The notes beneath the pieces were generated by a model, which saw only the letters and a program-made list of their open reading frames with translations, searched no databases and was not told the DNA's origin. A stretch of 64,000 nucleotides of DNA from Eledone cirrhosa (lineage: Eukaryota): NCBI GenBank assembly GCA_964016885.1, contig OZ024754.1, forward strand, positions 39,928,001 to 39,992,000, written 5' to 3'. This document shows, one piece after another, positions 32,626 through 45,170 of this stretch. Position 1 is the stretch's first letter; the number at the start of each line of letters is the position of its first letter. The position numbers were made by a program, and so were the translations under genes.

Positions 32626-33400
32626 ATATATCTAATAAATATGGAGGCACAATCGAAAGGTTGTGAGTTCAATTCTCAGACCGGGTGATGTATTGTTTCT
32701 TTGAGCAAGACACTTTATTTCACATTGCTCCAGTTTACTCAGCTGTAGAAATGAGATGATAGGGACTGGGGTCCCTATCATTCCACTGCAAAATGGTCGT
32801 GGAGGCGCCATGGTAAAAAAGCATCCAGCCCACACTGCAAAGTGGTCGTGGAGGTGCCACGGTAAAAAAGCACCCAGCACTCACTGTAAATGAGGTTGGT
32901 GTTAGGAAGGGCATCCAGCTGTAGAAATCAAGCCAGAATCAGTTCCCATCCCACCCTTGCAAGCAGGGAAAAGCGGACGTAAATTGATGATGATTATATA
33001 TATGAAAAGATTCAGGACCCTGATGGCTGAGCTCTGGAGGTTTCAATAGCTAGATTCGAACTAGTTACCCACTCTACTACCCCGAGTATTGAGTACTTTA
33101 GTGGGTTATGGTCTACCTGGTTTTTAGCACACCCGATCTGATATATATATCGTGTAGGTGTCACAACAAAAAAACACCCAGTCCTCGCTGTAATGTAGTT
33201 GTGTAGGTAACATGCTAAAAAGCTGCCAGTCCACACTGTAAATATGGTTGCTGTTAGGAAGGGCGTCCAACCGTAGAAAACCTGCCAGATAGTCCTATAT
33301 AAGCGAGACACGGTAACCCGACCAATCTTGCCTCAAGTGGGACAACTTCCGTCTAACCCATGCTAGCGTGGATGATGATGATGATATATATATATTTATT

Positions 33401-33538
33401 TATTAAAATGACAGATTAAAGTTTAAGTAAAGAATTGTTGCTTTCACCCTTAACGGGATCTTCTGAAAATCTTCAGAAGATCCCATTAAGGATGAAAGCA
33501 GCGATTCTTTGCTTAAACTTTAATCTGTTATTTTAATA
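33401..33538. mobile_element. Fold-back insert with degenerate hammerhead-like core
   Basis: 67-bp inverted arms with a 4-nt spacer; CAGAAGA-TCCCATTAAGGAT-GAAA resembles 43933-43969 but the core is broken. Confidence 0.65.
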
Positions 33539-33622
33539 TTTGCTCTAGGGTTCTTATATATTTGATATATATTTATCCTTATCGAGCCCTCTTTGGATTT
33601 TAGTCTTCAATTTTATTATTAT

Positions 33623-33684
<62 letters not shown>

Positions 33685-33778
33685 CTCTGATTTATCTAAA
33701 TTATGGAGCACTCTGCCGCTCATATCGAATTTTGTTTATCGTGAACTCGTGCGCCGATTTTTCGATACTCGATTATTC

Positions 33779-33840
<62 letters not shown>

Positions 33841-33841
<1 letters not shown>

Positions 33842-34034
33842 AAAATGTATGACCCCCCCAACAGCAGAACTCAAGCCGTTTCGATGGCTATTTCTGGAGT
33901 CCAGAAATAGCCATCGAAACGGCTTGAGCTCTGCCATCGGGGTCATACATTTTCTTATTACCCACTCTACTACCCTAAGTATTGAGAGTACTCTGGTGCG
34001 TTATGGTCCATCTGATTCCTTACCACGACTCCTC

Positions 34035-34036
<2 letters not shown>
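33841..34036. mobile_element. Fold-back insert (arms 33841-33954) with a tail shared with 33065-33120
   Basis: Centre CTGGA-g-TCCAG at 33899; shared TTACCCACTCTACTACCC..AGTATTGAG tail; flanked by (TA)n. Confidence 0.7.
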
Positions 34037-34077
<41 letters not shown>

Positions 34078-34257
34078 GAAGAAGAAGCTTCTATTTTTTT
34101 CAAATCCATTTTATTTCCCATTAAGCTGCACTTCAGAGGCGATGGATAGCTTAAGAGTTTCTTGTTCATCGCGTCACTCGTCAGATGAGAGATTCTATTT
34201 TGGAAGATCATGTTTTGTATGGTATACTTCCATGTAGTATATAGTTTTTTAGAGTTC

Positions 34258-35300
34258 ATCATCATCATCATCATCGTTTAACGTCCATTTTCCACACTAG
34301 CATGGGTCTGGACGAGAATTGTCCCACTTGAGGCAAGATTGGTCGTCTTGCTCAGGACTGTCTGGCGGGTTTTCTACGGCTGGATGCCCTTCCTAACACC
34401 AACCACGTTTACAGTGTGGACTGGGAGGTTTTTACCGTGTTACCTACACGGCCACATTACAGCGTGGACTGTGTGTTTTATTGTCGTGACACCTACACAT
34501 CTGGCGGGTTTTCTACGGCTGGGTGCCCTTCCCAACACCAACCGCGTTTACAGTGTGGACTGGGAGGTTTTTACCGTGTTACCTACACGGCCACATTACA
34601 GCGTGGACTGTGTGTTTTATTGTCGTGACACCTACACATCTGGCGGGTTTTCTACGGCTGGGTGCCCTTCCCAACACCAACCACGTTTACAGTGTGGACT
34701 GGGAGGTTTTTACCGTGTTACCTACACGGCCACATTACAGCGTGGACTGTGTGTTTTATTGTCGTGACACCTACACGTCTGGCGGGTTTTCTACGGCTGG
34801 GTGCCCTTCCCAACACCAACCACGTTTACAGTGTGGACTGGGAGGTTTTTACCGTGTTACCTACACGGCCACATTACAGCGTGGACTGTGTGTTTTATTG
34901 TCGTGACACCTACACATCTGGCGGGTTTTCTACGGCTGGGTGCCCTTCCCAACACCAACCACGTTTACAGTGTGTACTGGGAGGTTTTTACCGTGTTACC
35001 TACACGGCCACATTACAGCGTAGACTGTGTGTTTTATTGTCGTGACACCTACACGTCTGGCGGGTTTTCTACGGCTGGATGCCCTTCCCAACACCAACCA
35101 CGTTTACAGTGTGGACTGGGAGGTTTTTACCGTGTTACCTACACGGCCACATTACAGCGTGGACTGTGTGGTTTTTTGTCATGACACCTACACGACCTCA
35201 TTTGTTTCGGACTGGATGTTGTGGTACCAACATAACTTCACATTTAAGGGGGTGGTGTGGATGGGGTTGAGGTAGTGGGACGGAGGTGTATTTTGTTAGA
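34258..35300 (-). mobile_element. RTE 3' UTR fragment containing six tandem 139-bp units (34361-35194)
   Basis: Homologous to 37233-37580. Related fragments at 33140-33385 (+), 45968-46137 (+), 47891-48034 (+), 56111-56410 (-) and 62776-63280 (-, three 112-bp units). Confidence 0.88.
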
Positions 35301-36064
35301 GTTATATATATATAAACAAGTAAACTGACATGATAGAAGTTGACTTTTCCATCAATAAACTTGTTTATATTTGCTCTGCATTTATGCCAACACCTTCAAA
35401 ACTTTTCACACTAATAACTCCCTTCTCTTCAAACCTATATATAATATAAACATATCGAGCTAATCTTTAAAAGATGTGGCAATTACATACTACCATATAG
35501 AATTCTCTACTTTCCTAACAAGACAAACACAAAGATACAATAACAGAGAGGCTTGTTGGAAAATAAAATAAATCAATGAATAAATGTTGAAAAGTATCCA
35601 GTTTGTTGTTGATCAGGAAAGATCAGTTTGGAGAAAGAGGAAGTTAAACATTTGAAAAAAAGAGAAAAAAAAACAAAAAATCAAACCTAAACAAAACAAA
35701 GCAGGCTTTTTTAGGATATGGGGTGGGGTGTATATTTGTGTGTGTATATATATATAAACAGAATATTAATAATTGTTTCTACTTTTGGCATAAGGCCAGC
35801 AATTACCCAGTACATTACTGGTACTTTATTTTATCGACCCCGTAAGGATGAAAGGCAAAGTTAACCTCGGCGGGATTTGAACTCAGTTCGTAAAGGGCTG
35901 TAACTGCGCTGCAAAGCATGGTGTCCGACCCTCTACCGATACTGTTGTTTTCATATTAGTCATTCATAAATATATATATATATATATATATATGTGTGTA
36001 TATATATTATATATGTCTAACCCATGCTAGCGTGGAAAGTGGACGTTAAATGATGACAACGACA

Positions 36065-36108
<44 letters not shown>

Positions 36109-36453
36109 GTGTGTGTATATATATATATATATATAAAATGGTCCTGTTGGTGAGAAAAATCAGCTGGTCCACCATGTAAGGTGGCTATGCTGGTGACACA
36201 ATGATAAAATTCCCAGTCCACCGTGTCAGTTGGTCGTTTCAGTACCCTGATAAAAAAAGCGCTAAGTCCATGCTGTAAATGTGGTTGGAGTTAAGAGGGC
36301 ATCCTATAAAAGAAACCGAGCCTAAAACAGTTCTGTATGAGCAAGACACTGTCACCTGATCTGACATGTATCACAATGGGACAACTCATCTAACCCATGC
36401 TAGAGTGGGAAAATGGACGCTAAACAGTGATGAGGATGATATTATATATATAC

Positions 36454-36485
<32 letters not shown>

Positions 36486-36492
<7 letters not shown>

Positions 36493-36662
36493 TGAGATTC
36501 TACAGGACTAGAACTGTTTCATTCTTTAGATTCCTGATGATTTCTAAAGAATGAAACAGTTCTAGCCCTGTAGAATCTCATCTATATTAAAACTTTTATA
36601 CTCTGCTATGTATTGAGTACCTTACTTACTGTGGTTACCTCCGATTCAACTTGGAATAACGT
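36486..36662. mobile_element. Fold-back Penelope-like insert in (TA)n
   Basis: Arms 36486-36530 and 36543-36587; homologous to 19605-19801. Confidence 0.8.
36529..36577 (+). ncRNA. Type-I hammerhead ribozyme
   Basis: GATTC-CTGATGA-t[TTC taaa GAA]t-GAAA-CAG ttctagcc CTG-TA^GAATC. Confidence 0.75.
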
Positions 36663-36663
36663 A

Positions 36664-36743
<80 letters not shown>

Positions 36744-37191
36744 TATAAATATATATATAAGGTAAAAGACTAATTGTCAACAATATCTTTTGCATTTGCA
36801 TTCTTTATTCTATGTCCATACCTGCATTGTTTTGGCTTTATTATACATATACAAACGTTTATACCTCATTACACAATGCTTCAAGTGAACTATAATATAT
36901 ATATATATAGACACACCAGACTAATGAAACATTTGTTAATACTTTGAATAGACCCTATTGTACAGCTGATACATGTTATTCTTCACTCATTTACTATATA
37001 TATATATATATATACACACATATATATATATATATGTATATATATAAATCAAGGAAACAAGAAACCAACAAACAAGATGATGGAACAACATGAAATTGTA
37101 TCAGTTTCATGCTTGGAGGAAGAAGAAAGAGTTGCATAGTCAACATTTTGGGCACACACACACACACATATATATATATACACAATTGTAT

Positions 37192-37226
<35 letters not shown>

Positions 37227-37232
37227 CACACA

Positions 37233-38505
37233 CATCATCATCATCAACGTTTAACGTCCGTGTTCCACGCTTGCATGGGTTTGGACGGGGGTAGTCCCAC
37301 TTGAGGCAAGAGTGATTGTCTTGCTCGCATAGGACTGTCTGGCAGGTTTTCTACAGTTGGATGCCCTTCCTAACACCAACCACATTTACAGTGTGGGTCT
37401 GGGAGGTTTTTACCGTGTTGCCTACACGGCCACATTACAGCGCGGACTGTGTGTTTTTTTGTCGTGACACCTACACGATCTCATTTGTTTCGGCCTGGAT
37501 GGCGCGGCACCAACATAACTTTACATAGAACGGGGTGGTGTGGATGGGGTGGGGGTGGTGGCGGGACGGGGTGTATTTTGTTAGAGATGCCTACTGGCAA
37601 GGCGGGTCTTCTCTGTTACTGAGTACCGCCAAAGGTCTCGGTCCAGTGACATTGTCTTGGAGAGGTGTAAGTGTGTGAGGTCGGAGTTTATCAGCTCGTC
37701 CCAGGTTTTTCTAGGTCTGCCTATTCCGTGGCTACCGTCTATCTTTATTGCCCTGCACTTTGTTATACAGCTATCGACTTTCATGCGCATCACGTGTCCA
37801 TACCAACGTAGCCTTCTCTCGAGTAAACAACATCTGATCCCTCTTATCTGTAATTTTTTCCTTAGTTCGTTTATGCTTTGCCGTTCACGTATATTACTGT
37901 TACACATCCAGCGGAGCATGCAAGCTTCGTTCCTCTCTAGTCTGCGTATATCCTCTGCACACAATGCCCAGGTCTCACTGCCATGCAACATTGCTGTTCG
38001 TATGCAGGCATCGTACAACCTGCCTTTCATTTTTAGGGAGAACCCTTTAGCAGCTAATAGTGGTATAAGCTCTCTGAACTTTTTCCAACCAGTTCTGACT
38101 CTAGCTACAGTACTTTCAGAGCACCCTCCCCCACTGCTGATTTTATCGCCCAGGTAACGGAAGCTGTCCACTATTTCTATAGAACCCTCTGCGCAATTGA
38201 AAGAGCTAGTATTTTGTGGGCACTTGCTGCTACTTATTGCACCAGTACACCGGCCACATGTAAAATCTATGTTCTTAGTTAGCTTACCTGTGATCCCACT
38301 ACATCTTTTATGAACCCATACTTTGCATTTAGGACATAAAATGGAGTTTCTACCTACGCCTTTCCTACACACCGAGCACGACCATTTCCCAGAAGGGACC
38401 GCCGCCTTGTTTTCTTTCCTACAAACTAGAACTTTGGTCTTAGCCAGGTTAATTTTAAGTCCTTTTGACTCTAGGCCGTGCTTCCATGTTTGGAATTTCT
38501 TCTCT
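37233..38505 (-). mobile_element. 5'-truncated RTE-clade LINE: C-terminal ORF part (37581-38505), 3' UTR and (TGA)n tail
   Basis: Uninterrupted ORF with GLKINLAKTK, FRYLG, RVRTGWKKF, MLHGSETW, RRLRWYGHVMR and GRPRKTW, plus an inserted Cys/His (PHD-like) cluster. Confidence 0.92.
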
Positions 38506-38649
38506 GATATATTTCTGCTCATATATGAAGAAATTAACAGGTTACATTATTATATATAAAATATTTGACTGATCTAAACAGTGTTTATAGAAGCAGAGTC
38601 AGATACTTATTCACAAATATTTTACAAACATAAAATAGAAATACAATAC

Positions 38650-38812
38650 CTGAACATGCAGAAGTAATCTGTGCTAAGTAGCTGATGAAAAATTACTTTT
38701 GAAGGAGAGAATGTGCTGTTAATAAAGGAGATAATTTATATATCTAATTTGAAAAAGGATGTGACGCAAAAGCCAGCTCTAGTCCTGGCTGCTTGGCAAG
38801 TGATAGACGTGA
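38650..38812 (-). promoter_or_regulatory. Candidate TATA/Inr promoter and first non-coding exon, possibly of TMEM229B
   Basis: On the minus strand: TATATAAA at 38742-38735, Inr-like CATTCT with the A at 38712 (30 nt downstream), CAG|GTATTG donor at 38650/38649, and upstream TTGCGTCA and TCACGTC bZIP-type motifs in non-repetitive, CpG-containing DNA. Motif-level evidence only. Confidence 0.3.
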
Positions 38813-39401
38813 TTCAAGTTTACGCGGGGGAGTCGGGTTTGTTGTTCGGGTTTTCATTTCAAATTACTCTCTGGTCCCAAATAATAGAAGGGGAATGGGA
38901 TAAGCAAGAGTGTGTGTGTGTGGGGTGGGTAGTTGGAGTTCATCATCATCATCGGTTTTACGTCTGGGTTTACCATGCTTGAATGGGTTGTTGAATGGTT
39001 GTTGTTTCAGTTTTCATTTCAAATTATTATTAGATAGGTGTGTATATATATATCATCATCATCATCATCATTTTACGTCCGCTTTTTCCCTGCTTGCAAG
39101 GGTGGGACGGGAACTGATTCTTGCTTGATTTCTACAGCTGGATGCCCTTCCTAACACCAACCTCATTTACAGTGAGTGCTGGGTGCTTTTTTGCCGTGGC
39201 ACCTCCACGACCACTTTGCAGTGGAATGACAGGGACCCCAGTCCCTATCATCTCATTTCTACAGCTGAGTAAACTGGAGCAATGTGAAATAAAGTGTCTT
39301 GCTCAAGGAAACAACACATCACCCGGTCTGAGAATTGAACTCACAACCTTTCGATTGCAAGGCCAATGCTCTAACCACTAAGCCATGTGCCTCCATATAT
39401 A

Positions 39402-39760
39402 AATATAAATTACAGAATAATCAAAACTATGTCCAAAACATTTTATTGCTGACAATCGTTTCTTCCAAACTTTTGTTTGGAATCATCGGAGCATTAGCAA
39501 AGTTTAGACATATTAATTAACCTCCTATTCCACAGAACAATTGTAAAGACACGTAGATATTACTGTTGTCACTAACTATGACACCGTTAGTGACAACAGT
39601 AATATCTACGTGTCTTTAAAATTGTTCTGTGGAATAGGAGGTTAATTAATATGTCTAAACTTTTCTAATACTCCGATGATTCCAAACAAAAGTTTGGAAG
39701 AAACGATTGTCAGCAATAAAATGTTTTGGACATAGTTTTGATTATTCTGTAATTTATATT
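39402..39760. mobile_element. Long fold-back (175-bp arms, 9-nt spacer) with a hammerhead variant in each arm
   Basis: 39402-39576 is reverse-complementary to 39586-39760 with only a few mismatches. Confidence 0.85.
39447..39493 (-). ncRNA. Hammerhead with CCGATGA core variant (mirror at 39669-39715 +)
   Basis: TGCT-CCGATGA-[TTCCAAAC aaaa GTTTGGAA]-GAAA-CGATTG-TC^AGCA. Confidence 0.7.
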
Positions 39761-39910
39761 CCTGCTCTGTAAAACATCTGATGTATTTACTTTGAGCTAT
39801 TTTTCTTACTGGTAATAAGGTAGTAATGAATTACTGACCTTTCCTGTTTATAATTATATATAGCGTATATATAAGTATAAATAATATTATTATTATATAT
39901 AGAAATATAT

Positions 39911-40305
39911 CATCATCGTCATCATTTTACGTCTGCTTTTCCCTGCTTGCAAGGGTGGGACAGGTCCTATTCAACACAGTATCTTTCCACTTGTCACAGT
40001 CCTTCGTCATCTCCTCCGTGTGCTTCAGTGATCTGAGTTCTGCTCTCACCACCTCCCCCCCATCTTTGTCCCGGTTTCCCTCTACTGCATCTTCCTTCTA
40101 CTAGGATTTCTTGGCACTTCTTTACTCAGCAGCCATTCTCCATGGGCATTACATGTCCATACCATCTCAGTCTTCTCTCCCGCACACCACAACTTATCCC
40201 TCTTATACACAGTTTCTCTCTTAACTCATCTATGCTTGGTCGTTCAGGCACATTGACATTGCACATCCAGCGGAGCATGCTTGCTTTATTTCACTCCAGC
40301 CGCGT
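39911..40305 (-). mobile_element. RTE LINE 3' fragment (second family)
   Basis: Minus translation SMLRWMCNV...RERRLRWYGHVM with stop codons; ends CCCACCCTTGCAAGCAGGGAAA..GACGTAAAATGATGA. The same 3' tip is at 55970-56040. Confidence 0.88.
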
Positions 40306-40799
40306 CACATATATATATATACATATGTGTACCTCAGAGGCAAGTGTCTATATCATAGAGTTGAGTCAATCCAAGCCTTGTGAGTGAAATTTTGTAGACA
40401 GAAACTGTATAGAAGCCTCTCAGATGATATTTGTCAACTGAGGTTACAGTATTAAGACTGGCCAAGGTGAAGTGCAGTGGAATCAGGTGGTGGCCATGAA
40501 GCCAAGTTCTTATCTATACAGCCATGTAGTACATAATATACGGTACATGTCAAATTCAGTCATATAATTGTTTCTACTATTGGCACAAGGCCAGCAATTA
40601 CCCAGTACATTACTGGTACTTTATTTTATCGACCCCGTAAGGATGAAAGGCAAAGTTAATCTCGGCGGGATTTGAACTAAGACCATAAAGGGCCGTAACT
40701 CTTTGCTGCAAAGCATGGCGTCCGACCCTGTACCGATACTGCCAATCCAGTCATATAATACCTAATATACATATCAAACAGAGCCATAATATAGATACT

Positions 40800-41031
40800 A
40801 TAAAGTAAAAGAGACCCCTTTTTGGTCACGAATGACTATGGGATTTGTACTTAGAAAGTCTGAGGCAGAAGTCCAGGCAAGATTTGTTTGTGGAAGACCA
40901 ACAGTCTCCCTTCTCCATGCCACGTCCCCGATGTTGTACAAGGGACAGGCAAAGGCCAATACAGCTTGGCACCAGTGATATTGCAACTCACTTCTACAGC
41001 AGAGTAAACTGGAGCAACATGAAAATGTGTC
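40800..41031 (-). mobile_element. 5'-truncated SINE, CORE-like body with a third tail type
   Basis: Shares GTTGCTCCAGTTTACTC..CTGTAGAA with family B, then diverges; (TTTAC)-like end. Confidence 0.6.
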
Positions 41032-41929
41032 TATCAAATATAAATCCACTCATACAAACCACACACACAGAGACTGTCATAAACAACACACACAGACACA
41101 GACACACACACACACACACAGACAGATAGACAGTCACAAACAACACACACATAGACAGACAGAGAGTAAGGTACACACAGAAGGTAAGTTTTATGGTGAA
41201 AGAAAAGCATTTCGTAAGAGTCCAAGATGTTTCTAGCTTAATATACTCAGCTAATTCAATTAGATTATATAATTAGTAAAGACATCCATTAGGAAAGTCT
41301 ATTGAAGCTCATAGAATTGGCAAACATGTGTAAAGAATTATAGCATTTCTTTAGGATTAATCTCTGATGACCTTGTTGACTATCACCATTATCACTCTCA
41401 ACTCTTAACATCTTGTAATGATTTAGAAGAAAATATCTTTAAAAAAATGTTTGTTAATTCAAATGTTTGTAGTATCTTTGCTAGTAGAAAGATTGTTGTG
41501 AAAATGTGTAGTATTAGAGTAAAGACTTTAATGTTTAATGTGATGCAGCTATAGATGCGGCTGTTTTATACTTCTCAAGAATATCTTACTAATGTGGCTT
41601 GTAGTATATTTTCTAGTAGAGAGATTGTTGTGAAATTTTGCACTACTAGAGTTGAAAGGAATTTAGGGTTGTTTTGTACTTTTCATGAATGTATAGCTGT
41701 GTCAATAGTACTCATGAATAATACTGTTGTAATCTTTGTCACATTTTCTATAAAATTAAATATGTGTGTACATTCATTATGATTTCACACACAGCTTTGC
41801 GTTATCAACCAAAAGAAATAATTAAAATCTAAACACCTGCTACCTTTACATTAACTCTTTCTTTACAATATTTTAAATGAAAGACAATGTCTATGATTTT
41901 GAAAATAATCAAGTATTTCAAAGGATTTA

Positions 41930-42475
41930 GTAATACTTTCTCATTATTATGCTAGTGTTTGGAACATAACTTAACCCTTTTTTTTATAATATACTTTATA
42001 GTAATACTTTCTCATTATTAAGCTGGTGTTTGGAACATAACTTAACCCTTTTTTAAAAATATACTTTATAGTAATACTTTCTCATTATTAAGCTGGTGTT
42101 TGGAACATAACTTAACCCTTTTTTTATAATATACTTTATAGTAATACTTTCTCATTATTAAGCTGGTGTTTGGAACATAACTTAACCCTTTTTTTATAAT
42201 ATACTTTATAGTAATACTTTCTCATTATTAAGCTGGTGTTTGGAACATAACTTAACCCTTTTTTTATAATATACTTTATAGTAATACTTTCTCATTATTA
42301 AGCTGGTGTTTGGAACATAACTTAACCCTTTTTTTATAATATACTTTATAGTAATACTTTCTCATTATTAAGCTGGTGTTTGGAACATAACTTAACCCTT
42401 TTTTTATAATATACTTTATAGTAATACTTTCTCATTATTACGCTGCTGTTTGGAACATAGCTTAACACTTTTATA
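41930..42475. repeat. 70-bp tandem repeat, ~7.5 copies
   Basis: GTAATACTTT recurs at 42001, 42071, 42141 and onward; the unit contains a TTAACCCTT terminus-like motif. Confidence 0.93.
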
Positions 42476-42541
42476 AAAATATTTCTAATAAAAGACATTT
42501 ATTGTTCTGGCCTTCTAACTCCAAACGTTTATATATATAAT

Positions 42542-42592
<51 letters not shown>

Positions 42593-42602
42593 TATATATA
42601 TA

Positions 42603-42633
<31 letters not shown>

Positions 42634-42755
42634 GTATCTGTGTGTATATCATGACTCATAGACTGTTCACTTTCCTGACATTTGTACATTATTCTATGTA
42701 CTATACATGCACCTTTGATGAGTTGTAGTGCACCTGAGCACTGTACACAATAATT

Positions 42756-42792
<37 letters not shown>

Positions 42793-43212
42793 TACTCACC
42801 AACACTGTTCTGGCCCCGCATGAGTTGTATACTCCTTGTCTTTTTATACCACTGCTGTAATCTTCTCTTGTCCTTTTAATTTGCTAACTGTATACCGCCA
42901 TTACCTAGGTTTAAAATAAACAGATAATAAATAAATAACTGATGAATAAAGAAATAAAATGTGAAACGTAAGAAATAATTCTCTGAACAACAAATATATG
43001 TCTCACCTCCCCCATCACCTCACCTCACACACCACCTCCACCTCCCACACCACCCCCACCTCACCACCACCACCACACCACCCTTATCTCGTCTTCCATC
43101 CTCACCCCACCCCGCCCTCATCTCACCTTTTCCCCCACCCTCACTATGTACCTGAAAAAAATCCATGCAAGCATGGAAAAGTAGCCGTGTGATAATATGT
43201 GTATGCATGTGA

Positions 43213-43257
<45 letters not shown>

Positions 43258-43394
43258 CATAGATATATATGTAGGAGGTGAGTTTTATTGTAGCACAATA
43301 AAGCAATGCAAATATCGGATAAGTAGCACTCAACAGTTTATAGGACTGGAGTATAAATAATATAAAATCAAAAGATGGTTAAAAGAGTTCTATG

Positions 43395-43465
43395 TATTTT
43401 ATTATGCGCATTTCAAAAACAAATATCATCATGGGATGATATTTGCGTTCTCATCAGATAAAATA
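43395..43465 (-). ncRNA. Type-I hammerhead ribozyme
   Basis: TATTTTAT-CTGATGA-GAAc[GCAAATATCATC ccat GATGATATTTGT]TTTT-GAAA-TGCGCA-TA^ATAAAATA. Confidence 0.8.
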
Positions 43466-43539
43466 GGGAGACATGATATGAAGCTTAAAAAACAGTTGCG
43501 AGCAGTGAAGTGTTTTTTAAGCTTCATATCATGTCTCCC

Positions 43540-43610
43540 TATTTTATCTGATGAGAACGCAAATATCATCCCATGATGATATTTGTTTCTGAAATGTGCA
43601 TAATAAAATA
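43540..43610 (+). ncRNA. Type-I hammerhead ribozyme
   Basis: Mirror of 43395-43465; stem III ATGTGCAT. Confidence 0.8.
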
Positions 43611-43640
43611 CATAGAACTCTTTTAACCATCTTTTGATTT

Positions 43641-43689
<49 letters not shown>

Positions 43690-43932
43690 TATATATATGT
43701 AAAAGGTAAATAGAAATAACAACACAATCGGTACAGTATATGGAAGGTATGTGTGTGTCTATATATATATTTATATATATGTTTGTGTGTATGTATATAT
43801 ATATCCAAACCTATGCTAGCGTGGAAGATGGACGTTAAACGATGATGATGATGATATATATATATATATATGTGTGTGTGTGTATGTGTGTGTGTGTGTG
43901 TTTTTCCTTTTCCTTACAACTCCACTCAGACC

Positions 43933-43969
43933 GAGCTGAAGATCTGCTTAAGGTGAAACATTTGTTCTC
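43933..43969 (+). ncRNA. Minimal hammerhead ribozyme
   Basis: GAG-CTGAAGA-[TCT gctta AGG]t-GAAA-CA tt TG-TT^CTC. Confidence 0.65.
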
Positions 43970-44020
43970 AGTATGGTGAACTAACTGTTGTGGAACTACT
44001 TCTATGTGTGTGTGTGCGTG

Positions 44021-44052
<32 letters not shown>

Positions 44053-44069
44053 CGTGTATATATATATAT

Positions 44070-44201
44070 GCAGAAGACAGAATATAAATATATATATATA
44101 CATACGACAGAATATATATATATATATACATACGACAGAATATATATATATATATACATACACAGAAGACAGAATAGATATATATATATACACAGAAGAC
44201 A

Positions 44202-44281
<80 letters not shown>

Positions 44282-44287
44282 GACAGA

Positions 44288-44321
<34 letters not shown>

Positions 44322-44336
44322 ACACACAGAAGACAG

Positions 44337-44368
<32 letters not shown>

Positions 44369-44683
44369 TATATATACAGAAGACAAAATATATATATATA
44401 TATATATACAGAAGACAGAATATATATATATATACACAGAAGACAGAATAGATATATATATATACAGAAGACAAAACATATATATATATATATAGAAGAC
44501 AGAATATATATATATACACAGAAGACAGAATAGATATATATATATATATATACAGAAGACAAAACATATATATATATATATATATACAGAAGACAAAACA
44601 TATATATATATACAGAAGACAGAATATATATATATATACACAGAAGACAGAATAGATATATATATATATATATACAGAAGACA

Positions 44684-44719
<36 letters not shown>

Positions 44720-44755
44720 GACAAAACATATATATATATATATATACAGAAGACA

Positions 44756-44791
<36 letters not shown>

Positions 44792-44911
44792 GACAGAATA
44801 TATATATATATATACACAGAAGACAGAATAGATATATATATTTACAGAAGACAAAACATATATATATATATGCAGAAGACAGAATATATATATATATATA
44901 TACAGAAGACA

Positions 44912-44949
<38 letters not shown>

Positions 44950-45077
44950 GACAAAACATATATATATATATACACAGAAGACAGAATATATATATATATA
45001 TATACACAGAAGACAGAATATATATATATATATATACACAGAAGACAGAATAGATATATATATATACACAGAAGACA

Positions 45078-45127
<50 letters not shown>

Positions 45128-45170
45128 GACAAAATATATATATATTTATATGCAGAAGACAGAGTATATA
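44070..45170. repeat. CAGAAGACAGAA + variable (TA)n compound repeat
   Basis: Constant 12-bp anchor separated by variable TA runs. Confidence 0.93.

Larger units (their letters stand above)
43357..43648. mobile_element. Long fold-back (138-bp arms, 16-nt spacer) with a hammerhead in each arm
   Basis: 43357-43494 is reverse-complementary to 43511-43648; a single-arm relative lies at 59401-59527. Confidence 0.85.

Noticed and set aside
34150-34195. Minus-strand CTGACGA...GAAAC
   Set aside because: Stems II and III do not pair convincingly; at most a decayed relic.
38678-38710. CTGATGA-AAAA ttac TTTT-GAAG
   Set aside because: GAAG instead of GAAA, and no stem I or III.
42936-42972. CTGATGA...GAAACGTA
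   Set aside because: No stem I or stem II pairing.
44070-45170. CRISPR-like constant repeat with variable spacers
   Set aside because: The spacers are just TA runs, the context is eukaryotic and there are no cas genes.
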